A DNA stretch of 64,000 nt from an uncultured Candidatus Saccharibacteria bacterium (GCA_964479005.1 CAYZJA010000001.1:250225-314224), one strand, 5' to 3'; shown: positions 10,653 to 20,311, counted from the first letter of the stretch. Made by a program: numbers and translations. The notes: generated from the letters alone by a model not told the origin.

Positions 10653-12029
10653 ATGGCCGAGAAAAATATTACTGAAGGAAAACTTCCACCTCAAAATATA
10701 GAGGCAGAAGAATCAACATTAGGATCTCTTATGATAGATAAGGACGCGATTGTTAAAATTGCTGATGTTTTATTCCCTGAAGACTTTTATCAACCCCAAC
10801 ATCGCATTATCTATAAAGCCATTTTAAACTTATACCAACAAAATGCCCCAATTGATGTTCTTTCATTGTCTAATCGCCTAAAAGAAAAAAAACAATTGGG
10901 TGAAATAGGAGGAGCAAGTTTTTTAACGTCTTTGGTCAATAAAACGCCTACAAGCGCCCATGTGGTTCATTATGCAAATATTGTTCACGAAAAAAGAGTA
11001 TTGCGTGATTTAATCGCCGCTTCTTATAAAATTGCTGAGTTAGGATGGCAAGAATCAGAAAATATAAATGAGGTTTTAGACAACGCAGAACAAATCATTT
11101 TCTCTATTTCTGAAAAATCTATAGCGCATGAATTTGTGGCTTTAAAAGGAGAACTGGTTAAAGCTTTTGAGAGAATAGACCAATTGCATAAAGGTGGTGA
11201 TAAATTACGGGGAATAGCTACAGGATTTCATGATTTAGATCATTATCTTGGAGGTTTACAAAAATCTGATTTAATTATTTTGGGAGGAAGACCTTCTTTA
11301 GGAAAAACATCTCTCGCTTTAGATATTGCGCGTCATGTAGCTTTAAAAGAAAAAGTTCCCGTAGGAATATTCAGTATAGAAATGTCAAAAGATCAAGTAG
11401 TTGACAGATTAATAGCAGCTGAATCTACAGTTGGTTTATGGAAAATAAGGACGGGGCGCCTTTCTACTGATGAAGATATTAATGATTTTACCCTTATTCA
11501 GGATTCTTTATCTCGCTTGTCCGAAGCCCCAATATTTATTGATGACGCTGCTTCACCCACAGTAATGCAAATTCGAACAATGGCGCGTCGACTACAGGCA
11601 GAAACAAATTTAGGATTAATCATTGTGGACTATATCCAACTAATTAGCCCTTCACTTTCTCGTGAAAGCACCGTCCAGCAATATTCTGAAATTTCGCGTT
11701 CCTTAAAAGCTTTATCAAGGGAATTAAAAATACCTGTATTAGCCATTTCACAGCTTAATCGTGCTGTTGAAGCAAGGCCATTATGTATTCCCAAACTCTC
11801 TGACTTAAGGGAAACTGGTAGTTTAGAACAAGATGCTGATGTAGTCCTTTTTGTCTACCGTGAAGACCGTTATAAAGAAGATTCTGAGAATAAAAATATT
11901 GCTAAAATTATAATTGCAAAACATCGTAATGGTCCTTTAGGTCATGCAAATCTGTTCTTTAATGAACAATTGGCAAGTTTCCGCAACCTGGAAAAAGATG
12001 AAAAGTTTCCTGGCCTAGAAGGAGAATAA
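10653..12029 (+). CDS. dnaB: replicative DNA helicase DnaB
   Basis: Walker A GGRPSLGKTSLALDIA; full-length DnaB N- and C-domains (LSDLRETGSLEQDADVVLF). Confidence 0.9.
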   Translation: MAEKNITEGKLPPQNIEAEESTLGSLMIDKDAIVKIADVLFPEDFYQPQHRIIYKAILNLYQQNAPIDVLSLSNRLKEKKQLGEIGGASFLTSLVNKTPTSAHVVHYANIVHEKRVLRDLIAASYKIAELGWQESENINEVLDNAEQIIFSISEKSIAHEFVALKGELVKAFERIDQLHKGGDKLRGIATGFHDLDHYLGGLQKSDLIILGGRPSLGKTSLALDIARHVALKEKVPVGIFSIEMSKDQVVDRLIAAESTVGLWKIRTGRLSTDEDINDFTLIQDSLSRLSEAPIFIDDAASPTVMQIRTMARRLQAETNLGLIIVDYIQLISPSLSRESTVQQYSEISRSLKALSRELKIPVLAISQLNRAVEARPLCIPKLSDLRETGSLEQDADVVLFVYREDRYKEDSENKNIAKIIIAKHRNGPLGHANLFFNEQLASFRNLEKDEKFPGLEGE

Positions 12030-12034
12030 CAAAA

Positions 12035-12673
12035 ATGGATTTACCAAAACCAATAAAAGATTTTGTAAATATATTTTCAAAACTCCCGGGCATGGGACCA
12101 CGCCAGACTGCGCGTTTGGCTTTTTGGTTATTGCATCAAAAAAAAGAATCGCAAAATAATTTTTATCATGCATTTATTGATTTATTTTCTAAAACGCAGG
12201 TATGCCCAAATTGTTTTTTCATCACAGAAATAGAACAAGGAAAAAAATCTTTAAGTAATAAATTATGTAAAATTTGTAATAATCCACGAAGAGACAAATC
12301 AGTTATATGTGTTGTGGAGAAAGAAACTGATCTTTTGTCTATAGAAAAAACAAACAAATATCATGGCCTTTATCACGTCTTGGGAAGATTGTTATCAGAA
12401 ATTGATGAAAATAAAAAACTGAGGATAACTATTCCTCAGCTTTTACTTCGTATTAAAAACGCTCAATCCTCGAATAATCCAGTAAAAGAAATAATCCTAG
12501 CCCTCAGCCCCACATCAGAAGGTAATTTAACCACCTACTCTTTGGAAAAATCTATTAAAGATTTGGATGACAAAATTAAAATAACAAGATTGGCTCGCGG
12601 ACTTCCACAGGGAGGGGAAGTGGAATTTGCCGATGCAGAAACTTTAATAAATGCTTTGGAAGGAAGAAAATAA
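12035..12673 (+). CDS. recR: recombination protein RecR
   Basis: HhH (KLPGMGPRQTARLAFWLL), C4 zinc finger (CPNC...CKIC), Toprim, C-terminal TRLARGLPQGGEVEFAD. Confidence 0.85.
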   Translation: MDLPKPIKDFVNIFSKLPGMGPRQTARLAFWLLHQKKESQNNFYHAFIDLFSKTQVCPNCFFITEIEQGKKSLSNKLCKICNNPRRDKSVICVVEKETDLLSIEKTNKYHGLYHVLGRLLSEIDENKKLRITIPQLLLRIKNAQSSNNPVKEIILALSPTSEGNLTTYSLEKSIKDLDDKIKITRLARGLPQGGEVEFADAETLINALEGRK

Positions 12674-12675
12674 AA

Positions 12676-12990
12676 CTATTTAGTTTTTTTAATCAATACT
12701 TTCATAAAGGGCTGTCTATGTCCTTTTTTCTTTTTGTAGCGGGTTTTATGGCGATAGCGGAAAACAATAATCTTTTTAGACCTTCCTGATTCTTCACATT
12801 TTGCAATAATTTTTGTGCCTGAAATATAGGGCTGACCTATTTTTACATTGCCTTTATCATCAATCATAAGAAGAACTTTATCAAAAATTATTTCATCTCC
12901 TTCTTTTACGTCTTTTATTTTTTCTATTTTAATTTTTTGTTTCGGAGAAATTAAATATTGTTTTCCTCCTGTCTCAATAACTGCCAACAT
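12676..12990 (-). CDS. rplU: 50S ribosomal protein L21
   Basis: MLAVIETGGKQYLISPKQ..., GHRQPF motif, size 104 aa. Confidence 0.85.
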   Translation of the reverse strand: MLAVIETGGKQYLISPKQKIKIEKIKDVKEGDEIIFDKVLLMIDDKGNVKIGQPYISGTKIIAKCEESGRSKKIIVFRYRHKTRYKKKKGHRQPFMKVLIKKTK

Positions 12991-13009
12991 AATAATATGA
13001 TTTTAGATT

Positions 13010-13339
13010 TTATCGGTTTAAAAAATAAATTTGCGCGCTAATTAAAAATACTAGAACAGCAACTCCTATATTAGCAAAAAAAAGTAATTTACTCAAGTTT
13101 TTATGAGAACTTTGGAATAGTTGTGAAAGCCAATAATTTATATAAACAAAAATGATACCCAAAACCGGAATTTGCCAAAGCAGATTTCTATTACCTAAAA
13201 AATTAATGCCAAAATCATTAGAACGAAAAATTACTGGAAAATTAGGTCCGGTTTTCCTATAGACCAGCCAATTTAAAAAGATTGATATAATAAAGCCCGT
13301 ACCCAATAATAGCCAACTTTTTTGCGATATCTTTTTCAT
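13010..13339 (-). CDS. hypothetical small membrane protein
   Basis: Hydrophobic ORF; upstream portion of ORF-track entry overlaps the tRNA so start placed at internal Met (MKKISQKSW...). Confidence 0.35.
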   Translation of the reverse strand: MKKISQKSWLLLGTGFIISIFLNWLVYRKTGPNFPVIFRSNDFGINFLGNRNLLWQIPVLGIIFVYINYWLSQLFQSSHKNLSKLLFFANIGVAVLVFLISAQIYFLNR

Positions 13340-13342
13340 ATG

Positions 13343-13417
13343 TGCCGTCACCGGGATTTGAACCCGGGTTACATGGATGAGAACCATGCGTCCTAAGCCG
13401 AACTAGACGATGACGGC
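13343..13417 (-). tRNA. tRNA-Glu (anticodon CUC), CCA not encoded
   Basis: Minus strand GCCGTCATCGTCTAGTTCGGCTTAGGACGCATGGTTCTCATCCATGTAACCCGGGTTCAAATCCCGGTGACGGCA: 7-bp acceptor, anticodon stem CATGG/CCATG with loop TTCTCAT, T-arm CCGGG-TTCAAAT-CCCGG. Confidence 0.8.
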
Positions 13418-13458
13418 AAGTAGAAAAAATATAACATAAAGCCAAATTTTGGGCAAAT

Positions 13459-14682
13459 CTACTTTCTTAATTCCTCGGTAATCTTCTCCATTTCCATTGA
13501 ATGAGAACCTTTAATCAATACCAAATCACCTTTTTTTATTATTTTTTTAATTGATGTTTTTGCTTCTTGGCTATCTTTAAACCAAAAAGTTTCTATATTA
13601 GAATATTCATCATCAATTATTTGCTTTGCAAAAACCATTTCTTCCCCAACAGCAATAAAAACTTGAGCTATATTTGCTATGTCTTTTCCAATTTCTATAT
13701 GAGCCTGATTTGAATTTACTCCTAATTCTTTCATATCCCCTAAAATAACGATTTTTCTTTTTGCAGGAACTTCTTTAAGTAAATCAAGCGCAACACGAAC
13801 TGAATCTGGACAAGCGTTATAAGAATCATCTAATAGCCAGCTGTTATTTATCCCACGCATAAATTTTGTTCTGCCTTTCATTATTTTATAATTTTTCATT
13901 GCTTCGCTAATCTCTACCAAATTCATGTCTAAAGATAGCCCCACAGTAGCGGCGGCGGCTAAAGCATAAATTTGTCCTTTTCCAAAAACACCTTCAATCC
14001 TCACTGGCACAAAACTACCACTAGATTCTAAGCGAAAATTCATTCCTATATTTTCTAAATCCTCTGTGTTAATTAATTTATATTCTGTTATTTTAACATC
14101 AGAATTTTCAGAAAAACCGTAAGAAAAAACTTTAGCAACGGTTTTGTCTTTTAAATTTAAAACTAACGGGTTATCGGCGTTTAAAACAATCGCATCATCC
14201 AAAGATAAACTTTGGGGCAAATAACTTATTTCTTCAATCAACTGATTAATATTTCTATAATACTCTAAATGAACAGGCGGATCTCCAATACTAGTAACTA
14301 CACCTATTTTAGGCTGAGCTAAATTAACTAAATATTTTATCATGCCAGGAGCATCTTCAGACATCTCAAGAATTAATATTTCTGGATATGTTTTTGTTTT
14401 AAAAATAAACAGCCAAAAAGTATGAAAAAAATTATAAAACCAAAGCAAAATATTTCGTTTAGCATCTTTGCCCCTAATTATAGTAAGAGGCATTCCTATC
14501 TCTGTATTTAAATTAAAAATATTTCTTTCGACTCTAAATCTTTTTCTCAGAACAGTATAAATTGTTTCTTTTGTGGAAGTTTTTCCAACGCTTCCTGTTA
14601 CGCCAATAATAAGAGGCTTATAGCGCCACAAAATAAGCTTTGCAAGATATTTAAGTATGTATTGAATAAATTTTCTTTTCAT
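13459..14682 (-). CDS. murF: Mur ligase family protein, most likely MurF
   Basis: ATP-binding GVTGSVGKTSTKE; middle and C-terminal Mur ligase domains; located after ftsI in dcw cluster; MurE cannot be excluded. Confidence 0.65.
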   Translation of the reverse strand: MKRKFIQYILKYLAKLILWRYKPLIIGVTGSVGKTSTKETIYTVLRKRFRVERNIFNLNTEIGMPLTIIRGKDAKRNILLWFYNFFHTFWLFIFKTKTYPEILILEMSEDAPGMIKYLVNLAQPKIGVVTSIGDPPVHLEYYRNINQLIEEISYLPQSLSLDDAIVLNADNPLVLNLKDKTVAKVFSYGFSENSDVKITEYKLINTEDLENIGMNFRLESSGSFVPVRIEGVFGKGQIYALAAAATVGLSLDMNLVEISEAMKNYKIMKGRTKFMRGINNSWLLDDSYNACPDSVRVALDLLKEVPAKRKIVILGDMKELGVNSNQAHIEIGKDIANIAQVFIAVGEEMVFAKQIIDDEYSNIETFWFKDSQEAKTSIKKIIKKGDLVLIKGSHSMEMEKITEELRK

Positions 14683-14777
14683 AATCTATAGCTCGTCTGA
14701 TGGAATATTATATTAATTTATTGTTCCTCATCTGGAGGAACATTATATTAATTTATCAAAATTTGATAAATTAATTA

Positions 14778-16556
14778 TTATTCCTCGTCCGGAGGAATAT
14801 TATAATAATTTATTAAAAATTGTTCAACTTCTCTAAAAGCTAAAGTTACTGTATAACTAGCAGCTTCTTTGCCCCATTGTGGTCTATCCATTTTTACTAA
14901 AACAATATATTTGGGATTTGAAGCTGGAAAGAACCCCACAAAGGTGTGAATAACATCATCAGAATACCCTTTTTTATCTTTTAGAGCCACAAAAGAAGTC
15001 CCTGTCTTGCCAGCAAGGCTATAGCCTTTAACTTTAGCATTCCCACCAAAACCATTTTCAATTACTCCGATTAACATTGAGGTTAAGGTTTCTGCGGTTT
15101 CCTGTTTTATTACTTGAGGAAAATCTGATAAAGATTCAGTTAACATTAGAGTAGTGCGATTACCGGCTTTGTCTCTTGTACTTTCCACTAAATATGGAGT
15201 AACTAAATGTCCTTTATTCGCTATTGCCGTATAAGCTTTAAGTAATTCCATAGGCGTAACAGATATTCCAACTCCATAAGAAGCAGTTGCAGAATATGTG
15301 GGATTGGATTTTGGATATTCTAAATTAGATAAATCACCACTGACTTCTAAAGGTAAATCTATTCCCGTTGTATCTGCAAAACCAAATTTTTTAAAATATT
15401 TTCTTAAATTCTCACTTCCTACTTTCTCAGATACAAAAATTGCTCCGGTATTTATAGAACGCTCTAAAACATCGCGCATTGTAGACTTTCCATGAACTTC
15501 ATTTCGATAATTAGTCAAATGAAAACCACCCACTTCATAATACCCTTTATCAATATAAGTAGTATCTGGAGTAACTTTATCAATATCAAGACCAACTGCC
15601 ATAGTAAAAGGTTTTATCACTGAGCCAGGTTCGTATCTTTCTTCTGTAGCAAAATTTCTAAAAATTGAATAATTCTCTATATCAGAAAAATCATTAAGAT
15701 TAAATGTTGGTATATTGGCTAACGCTAAAATTCTTCCTGTTTTTACTTCCATTACAATAATTGTACCTTTACTTGCTTCCCTGTACTTTATCAAATCCTC
15801 CAAAATTCTGTCAGTAGCAAATTGAATATTTTTATCTATAGTGGTTTCAATTGAAAGTCCTTGAATAGTTTTTTCTTCTTCAGAAAAGTTGGAACGAACT
15901 AAACGCCCCAAGGCATCTTTAATGCCCATAAAAATGCCTTTCTTGCCAGAAAGAATAGTATCATAATAAGATTCCAATCCATAACGCCCTTTAATTAATC
16001 CGTCGTCCGTCTCTCCTACAAATCCAATTACTTGGGCAGCAGAAGAACCTAATGGATAATAGCGATAACTCTCCTCTTCAAGATAAATACCTTTTATCTG
16101 CGCGTTCTGAATATTATCAATCAAATCATCGTCTTCAATTTTTTTAAGAAGTGGCTCATATGGATCATCTGCTTTATTTAAACGTGAAAATATCTGCTCA
16201 TAAGACAAAGGAATTATTTTTGATAAAAGCTCACTTGCTTCTTCTGGGTTTTCTATTTCTTTTGGAATGGCGTAAAGAGAATCATATTTTTTATTAATGG
16301 CAACAGGAATATATTCCTTATTTTTATCCTGAAAATAAATTAAACCCCTATTAGGGGGTAAAATTGTAGTTGTATCATGAAGAGCTTCTGCCTGATTTAC
16401 AAACTTTAAATTCTCTTTTACCTGAATGTTATAAAGCCGATAACCTAAAAATAGAAAAAGAATAATAAATAAAAAATGAATAACGGAAATTTTTCCTTGA
16501 AAAGATTGGCTATTTCTACGAGTCCTTTTAAAAAAATTCTTATTTTTTCTTCTCAT
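14778..16556 (-). CDS. ftsI: peptidoglycan D,D-transpeptidase FtsI (PBP3-type class B PBP)
   Basis: N-terminal TM anchor; SxxK (GSVIKPF), SxN (RSINTG), KTG (AGKTGTS); dcw-cluster position. Confidence 0.8.
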   Translation of the reverse strand: MRRKNKNFFKRTRRNSQSFQGKISVIHFLFIILFLFLGYRLYNIQVKENLKFVNQAEALHDTTTILPPNRGLIYFQDKNKEYIPVAINKKYDSLYAIPKEIENPEEASELLSKIIPLSYEQIFSRLNKADDPYEPLLKKIEDDDLIDNIQNAQIKGIYLEEESYRYYPLGSSAAQVIGFVGETDDGLIKGRYGLESYYDTILSGKKGIFMGIKDALGRLVRSNFSEEEKTIQGLSIETTIDKNIQFATDRILEDLIKYREASKGTIIVMEVKTGRILALANIPTFNLNDFSDIENYSIFRNFATEERYEPGSVIKPFTMAVGLDIDKVTPDTTYIDKGYYEVGGFHLTNYRNEVHGKSTMRDVLERSINTGAIFVSEKVGSENLRKYFKKFGFADTTGIDLPLEVSGDLSNLEYPKSNPTYSATASYGVGISVTPMELLKAYTAIANKGHLVTPYLVESTRDKAGNRTTLMLTESLSDFPQVIKQETAETLTSMLIGVIENGFGGNAKVKGYSLAGKTGTSFVALKDKKGYSDDVIHTFVGFFPASNPKYIVLVKMDRPQWGKEAASYTVTLAFREVEQFLINYYNIPPDEE

Positions 16557-16615
16557 AGAAAACTTATTATGAGTAAAACGAATAACAAGGTTCTGCGAGC
16601 AAAGCGAGTAGGTTC

Positions 16616-17083
16616 TTATTTTTGGGCTAAATTATCATTCATCAGATTTAAGTAAGAAATATGCCCTACTTTTATAAAACCATTGTCTTTAGCCCATTCT
16701 TCTATTTCTTGAGAAGAAGTGATAAATGCAGATTTTTCTGTTAAATAATCAAGTTCTTCTTGATTCTGGCTGATCTCATTTTTTAAATTATGAATCATGT
16801 AATTAAGAGAGATATTTTTCCCAAAAAGCACTAGCCAACAACTTCCAATCATTAAAAATGGAATTAAAAGAAGAATAACTAATTTAATATGTCCTATATA
16901 CTCCCCTGCTTCATTTATAAAACATTGCAATTTTCTTTTTTTGCGAGAGCTATACTTTCTAGCAGAGCGCAAAACAATTGCATGTTTTCTATTATTTTTG
17001 TTGCAATTATAGATAGTTGTCATGAATGAGATTAAATAATTAATAGTAATTAAGTAATTTTGTAACTCATAATTTACAATCAT
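16616..17083 (-). CDS. FtsL-like cell division protein (single TM + coiled coil)
   Basis: Position between rsmH and ftsI; one TM helix followed by heptad-like region (NLKNEISQNQEELDYLTEK); sequence itself not diagnostic. Confidence 0.4.
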   Translation of the reverse strand: MIVNYELQNYLITINYLISFMTTIYNCNKNNRKHAIVLRSARKYSSRKKRKLQCFINEAGEYIGHIKLVILLLIPFLMIGSCWLVLFGKNISLNYMIHNLKNEISQNQEELDYLTEKSAFITSSQEIEEWAKDNGFIKVGHISYLNLMNDNLAQK

Positions 17084-17977
17084 TCATAATCTTTCAGCAA
17101 CGCGCAGTTTAGCAGAACGAGAACGTGGATTATTTCTAATTTCTTCTGGGCAAGGATTTATTGGTTTTTTAGTGAGTATACTCAATTCTCCAATTTTAGC
17201 TTTTTCTCTAAAGATATTTTTTATAATTCTATCTTCTAAAGAATGAAATGAAATTACTGCAATTCTTCCTCCTGGTTCTAATATTTTAATAGCCTGCTTA
17301 ATTCCACTTTCTATTATTTGCAATTCATTATTTACAGCAATACGCAAAGCTTGAAATGTACGTGTGGCAAAATGTATTCTTTTCTTGTCATAATTCTTTG
17401 GGAGGGTTCTTTTTAAAATATCTACCAACTGTTGAGTTCCAACAATCCTTTCTTTTTTCCTCACTTCTTTAATCGCTAAAGAAATACGACGCGCATACCT
17501 TTCTTCTCCAAATTCTTTTAAAATTTCTTCTATTTTCTCTATATCCCAAAAATTTATAATCTCTGCAGCTGTTAAATCATTCTTAGGATTAAAGCGCATA
17601 TCCAATGGTTCATCTTTCAAATAAGAAAATCCCTTTCCTGATGCTTCTAAGTGCCATGAACACATTCCTAAATCAAATAAAATTCCGTGAACTGGCTTAA
17701 AATCATTTTCCTTAACAATCTTTTCCAAATTAGCGTAAGAATCATTTACTAAAATCAATCTATCTTTTAATTTTTCATTTTTACTTTTTATTTCAGCGAT
17801 TTTTCCTATAACTTCTTTTGATAAATCTATGCCTAATAATTTTCCATCTGGTTCGATCAATTTAAGAATAGTTAACGCATGCCCTCCTTGACCTACTGTC
17901 GTATCAATAAAATTTTCGTTTGCTTGCGGGTCCAGATAATCAATTACTTCTTTTAGAAGGACTGGAACATGCGCCAT
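17084..17977 (-). CDS. rsmH: 16S rRNA (cytosine1402-N4)-methyltransferase RsmH (MraW)
   Basis: MAHVPVLLKEVIDYL...DTTVGQGGHA SAM-binding motif; follows mraZ. Confidence 0.9.
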   Translation of the reverse strand: MAHVPVLLKEVIDYLDPQANENFIDTTVGQGGHALTILKLIEPDGKLLGIDLSKEVIGKIAEIKSKNEKLKDRLILVNDSYANLEKIVKENDFKPVHGILFDLGMCSWHLEASGKGFSYLKDEPLDMRFNPKNDLTAAEIINFWDIEKIEEILKEFGEERYARRISLAIKEVRKKERIVGTQQLVDILKRTLPKNYDKKRIHFATRTFQALRIAVNNELQIIESGIKQAIKILEPGGRIAVISFHSLEDRIIKNIFREKAKIGELSILTKKPINPCPEEIRNNPRSRSAKLRVAERL

Positions 17978-17981
17978 AATT

Positions 17982-18413
17982 TTATATTCCTAAATCTCCT
18001 AATTTTTCCGCTATATCACCAGATTCTTTTTCTGTTCTCTTTTTGTATTTTTCCCATTCTTTTTCATCCCAAACTTCTAAACGATTATAAACACCTGCCA
18101 AAACAATTTTCTTTTTTAACCCCACATATCTTCTTAAATAATCTGGAACAAGAATCCTCCCTTGGCTGTCTAACTTAATACCCATTGCACCAGCAAGCAT
18201 TAGCCTGGAAAAAGCCCGAGAATTAGATTGGCTCAAAGGTAATCCTTTAATTTTTTCTGCCATTTGTTGCCAATCTTTTGAAGAGAAAATAAAAAGACAA
18301 TTATCTAATCCTTTTGTAATAACTCCCCCTCTAGAAAGAACCTTCCTCAGCTTAGAGGGAATAGCTATTCTTCCTTTTGGATCTATTGTGTAATAATATT
18401 CTCCAATAAACAT
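17982..18413 (-). CDS. mraZ: transcriptional regulator MraZ
   Basis: MFIGEYYYTIDPKGRIAIPSKLR and second DxxGRxxxP repeat (LDSQGRILVPDYLR); ORF-track N-extension (to 18470) covers DnaA boxes and is considered spurious. Confidence 0.85.
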   Translation of the reverse strand: MFIGEYYYTIDPKGRIAIPSKLRKVLSRGGVITKGLDNCLFIFSSKDWQQMAEKIKGLPLSQSNSRAFSRLMLAGAMGIKLDSQGRILVPDYLRRYVGLKKKIVLAGVYNRLEVWDEKEWEKYKKRTEKESGDIAEKLGDLGI

Positions 18414-18431
18414 AATAAATAAATTCAAAAG

Positions 18432-18481
18432 TTTTCCACAAAAAACATATTTATCCCCACACTTATCCACATCTATCCACT
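18432..18481 (+). promoter_or_regulatory. cluster of four DnaA-box-like 9-mers (TTTTCCACA, TTATCCCCA, TTATCCACA, CTATCCACT) in direct orientation upstream of mraZ
   Basis: Matches to TTATCCACA consensus (0-2 mismatches) at ~18432, 18451, 18463, 18473. Confidence 0.55.
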
Positions 18482-18609
18482 TTCTTCCATTTTACTCCCC
18501 ATTGACCCATAAAGTCAAGGAGGAAAAATAAAAAATCCTCTATTTTTAATAGAAGATTTTTCCGCTTAAATAAAGCAAAAGCTACAATATATTAATTAAA
18601 ACCTAAAAA

Positions 18610-18629
18610 CTATCCCCATATTATCCACA
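18610..18629 (+). promoter_or_regulatory. two further DnaA-box-like 9-mers (CTATCCCCA, TTATCCACA) flanking an AT-rich stretch
   Basis: Read from sequence; second box overlaps stop of DUF134 gene. Confidence 0.45.
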
Positions 18630-18899
18630 AATTATTTTTATAGCTTTACCATTTATCAAAGCATCTGATATTTTCTTATATGCTGATAATAATATTCTTT
18701 GAAAAGTGCTTTGTGATGTATTCATCTTTTTAGCTGCTCCATGTTGGTCTAGATCTTTTATATTTTTCAATCTTAAAGCTTCTACTTCTTCAGCAGTTAA
18801 TTCTACGATTTCTAAAAACCTCATTGGTATACCTTGGGGTTTAAAATAAGTTATATTTGTATTAAATCTAATTCTTCGACAAAGTCTTGGTCTTGGCAT
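18621..18899 (-). CDS. DUF134/UPF0251-family putative DNA-binding protein
   Basis: MPRPRLCRRIRF...YFKPQGIPMR...ELTAEEVEALRLKNI...AAKKMNTSQSTFQRILLSAYKKISDALINGKAIKI matches the remembered UPF0251 pattern (MPRPRK.R.V...FKP.G.P...L.LDE.EA.RL.D......AA..M.VSR.TF.R....AR.KVADALV.GKA); start moved to internal Met. Confidence 0.7.
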   Translation of the reverse strand: MPRPRLCRRIRFNTNITYFKPQGIPMRFLEIVELTAEEVEALRLKNIKDLDQHGAAKKMNTSQSTFQRILLSAYKKISDALINGKAIKIICG

Positions 18900-18979
18900 A
18901 GTTAAATTATTAAAATAATTGAGTAAGGCTATTCCAGCCCTTTTCAGTAAAAAGGGCTGGATCATAACCTTTTTTGTCC

Positions 18980-19243
18980 TTATTTTTGGCTCTTTAGTTC
19001 AGCGAGGCGTTCTTTAATAGCCTTTAATTCATCTTCTAAAGCTTCGGTTTCATCAATCAACATCTCAGTTTCTTCTTTTTTTGTAATACGGGTTGAATAT
19101 GGTGAATTATAGCCCCAGGATCTACCAAATCCACGTCCAAATCCGCGACCTCTTCCCCATCCCATTCCAGCGCCACATGGACCCATACCCCAGCCAGTTC
19201 CAGGACCGAAGCCTGAAGGACCAGTTCCATCAAATCTTGGCAT
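18980..19243 (-). CDS. DUF5320-family protein (Gly-rich N-terminus, C-terminal coiled coil)
   Basis: MPRFDGTGPSGFGPGTGWGMGPCGAG...RGRGFGRGFG then acidic coiled coil; this family commonly neighbours DUF134. Confidence 0.6.
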   Translation of the reverse strand: MPRFDGTGPSGFGPGTGWGMGPCGAGMGWGRGRGFGRGFGRSWGYNSPYSTRITKKEETEMLIDETEALEDELKAIKERLAELKSQK

Positions 19244-19406
19244 ATTTTTATCTTTTAATTTTAATTTATCGTTATAAGATAGTCCGACCTTTGTACTAAC
19301 TATCTGTTATGAGTATATACCCATAATTATCAAAAGTCAAGGGCTAATCTCTATAATAAAAATACAAGGAATTACTCCCTGTATTTTTAACTTTTTATAA
19401 TTGATT

Positions 19407-19718
19407 CTAAAATTTTACTGCTGTTCCATAAACAAGAAGTTCAGCTGACCCTGCCATAATTGCAGAAGTTGTAAAACGCACACCAATAATTGCATCAGCG
19501 CCTATTTCCTCAGCGCTTTTTACCATCCGCCTTAAAGCTTCTTCTCTCGCTTCATTAAGCGCTTCGGTATATTCTTTTATCTCTCCGCCAACAATGTTTC
19601 TTAAACCAGCAAGAATGTCTTTACCTATATGTTTAGCTCTAATAGTATTACCTTTTACTAAACCAAGAGTTTCTTTAATCTCTTGGCCAAAAATTTGATC
19701 AGAAGTAACAATAATCAT
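19407..19718 (-). CDS. YbjQ/UPF0145 family protein
   Basis: ...AGLRNIVGGEIKEYTEALNEAREEALRRMVKSAEEIGADAIIGVRF...YGTAVKF matches YbjQ pattern. Confidence 0.8.
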   Translation of the reverse strand: MIIVTSDQIFGQEIKETLGLVKGNTIRAKHIGKDILAGLRNIVGGEIKEYTEALNEAREEALRRMVKSAEEIGADAIIGVRFTTSAIMAGSAELLVYGTAVKF

Positions 19719-19725
19719 GCTTTTA

Positions 19726-19932
19726 TTATATTTTATTATTTTTATTATCTTTAACCTTTTCTATAATTAAAGAAACTATCATCATAACCATTCCTAAAAT
19801 TAAACCAATTATCCCCCATTTTATTAAAAAAGGAACAGTAGAATCTTCTATAAATTTATACATACCAAATCCTATTAATACTAAGAAGCATAAACAAAAA
19901 ATTGATAATCCTAAAATTTTTAATATTTTCAT
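19726..19932 (-). CDS. hypothetical small 2-TM membrane protein
   Basis: 68-aa hydrophobic ORF. Confidence 0.3.
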   Translation of the reverse strand: MKILKILGLSIFCLCFLVLIGFGMYKFIEDSTVPFLIKWGIIGLILGMVMMIVSLIIEKVKDNKNNKI

Positions 19933-19996
19933 TCTTATACAGTTTTATTTTTACTGTAATAATTATAACACATAAATAATTATAACGCATAGCAGT

Positions 19997-20038
19997 CTGA
20001 ATACAAAAAGAGCCTTTTCGGGCTCTTTTCGTATTCAG
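19997..20038. terminator. bidirectional rho-independent terminator (18-bp near-perfect palindrome CTGAATACAAAAAGAGCC-TTTTCG-GGCTCTTTTCGTATTCAG)
   Basis: GC-containing stem with T-runs on both strands; downstream of the RRM gene on minus strand. Confidence 0.8.
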
Positions 20039-20050
20039 AAGAAAATTTAA

Positions 20051-20311
20051 TTAAAAACTTTTCTTCATTGGCTTTGCTTCATCAACTATGATAGTTCTTC
20101 CGTCTAATTCTTTACCATTGAACATTTCAACGGCTTTTTTTGCATCTGCTTCAGATGACATTTCTACAAAACCAAAACCTTTTGATCTTCCAGAAAATTT
20201 ATCTGTGATAACAGCTGCGGATTCTACTTTTCCAGCTTCAGAAAATAATTTCTCTAAGCTCTCTTGAGTAGTATCATAGGAAAGACTGCCTACATAAAGT
20301 TTGTTACTCAT
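20051..20311 (-). CDS. RNA-binding protein (single RRM domain)
   Basis: RNP-2 KLYVGSL and RNP-1 KGFGFVEM motifs. Confidence 0.85.
   Translation of the reverse strand: MSNKLYVGSLSYDTTQESLEKLFSEAGKVESAAVITDKFSGRSKGFGFVEMSSEADAKKAVEMFNGKELDGRTIIVDEAKPMKKSF

Noticed and set aside
13257-13445. 62-aa ORF (MALCYIFSTCRHRLVRLRTHGSHPCNPGSNPGDG...)
   Set aside because: Lies on top of tRNA-Glu on the same strand. The GC-rich composition is due to the tRNA.
18414-18470. N-terminal extension of MraZ (MDKCGDKYVFCGKLLNLFI)
   Set aside because: MraZ family proteins begin at MFxGxxxxxxDxKGR. The extension is the reverse translation of the DnaA-box array.
18430-18630. Chromosomal replication origin (oriC) at the DnaA-box cluster
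   Set aside because: All genes from 12.7 kb to 64 kb, including those right of the cluster, are on the minus strand, which is the wrong orientation for an origin at 18.5 kb. The only divergent strand switch is at ~7.9 kb, where no box cluster is seen. dnaA/dnaN are not adjacent. Kept as a regulatory DnaA-box cluster.
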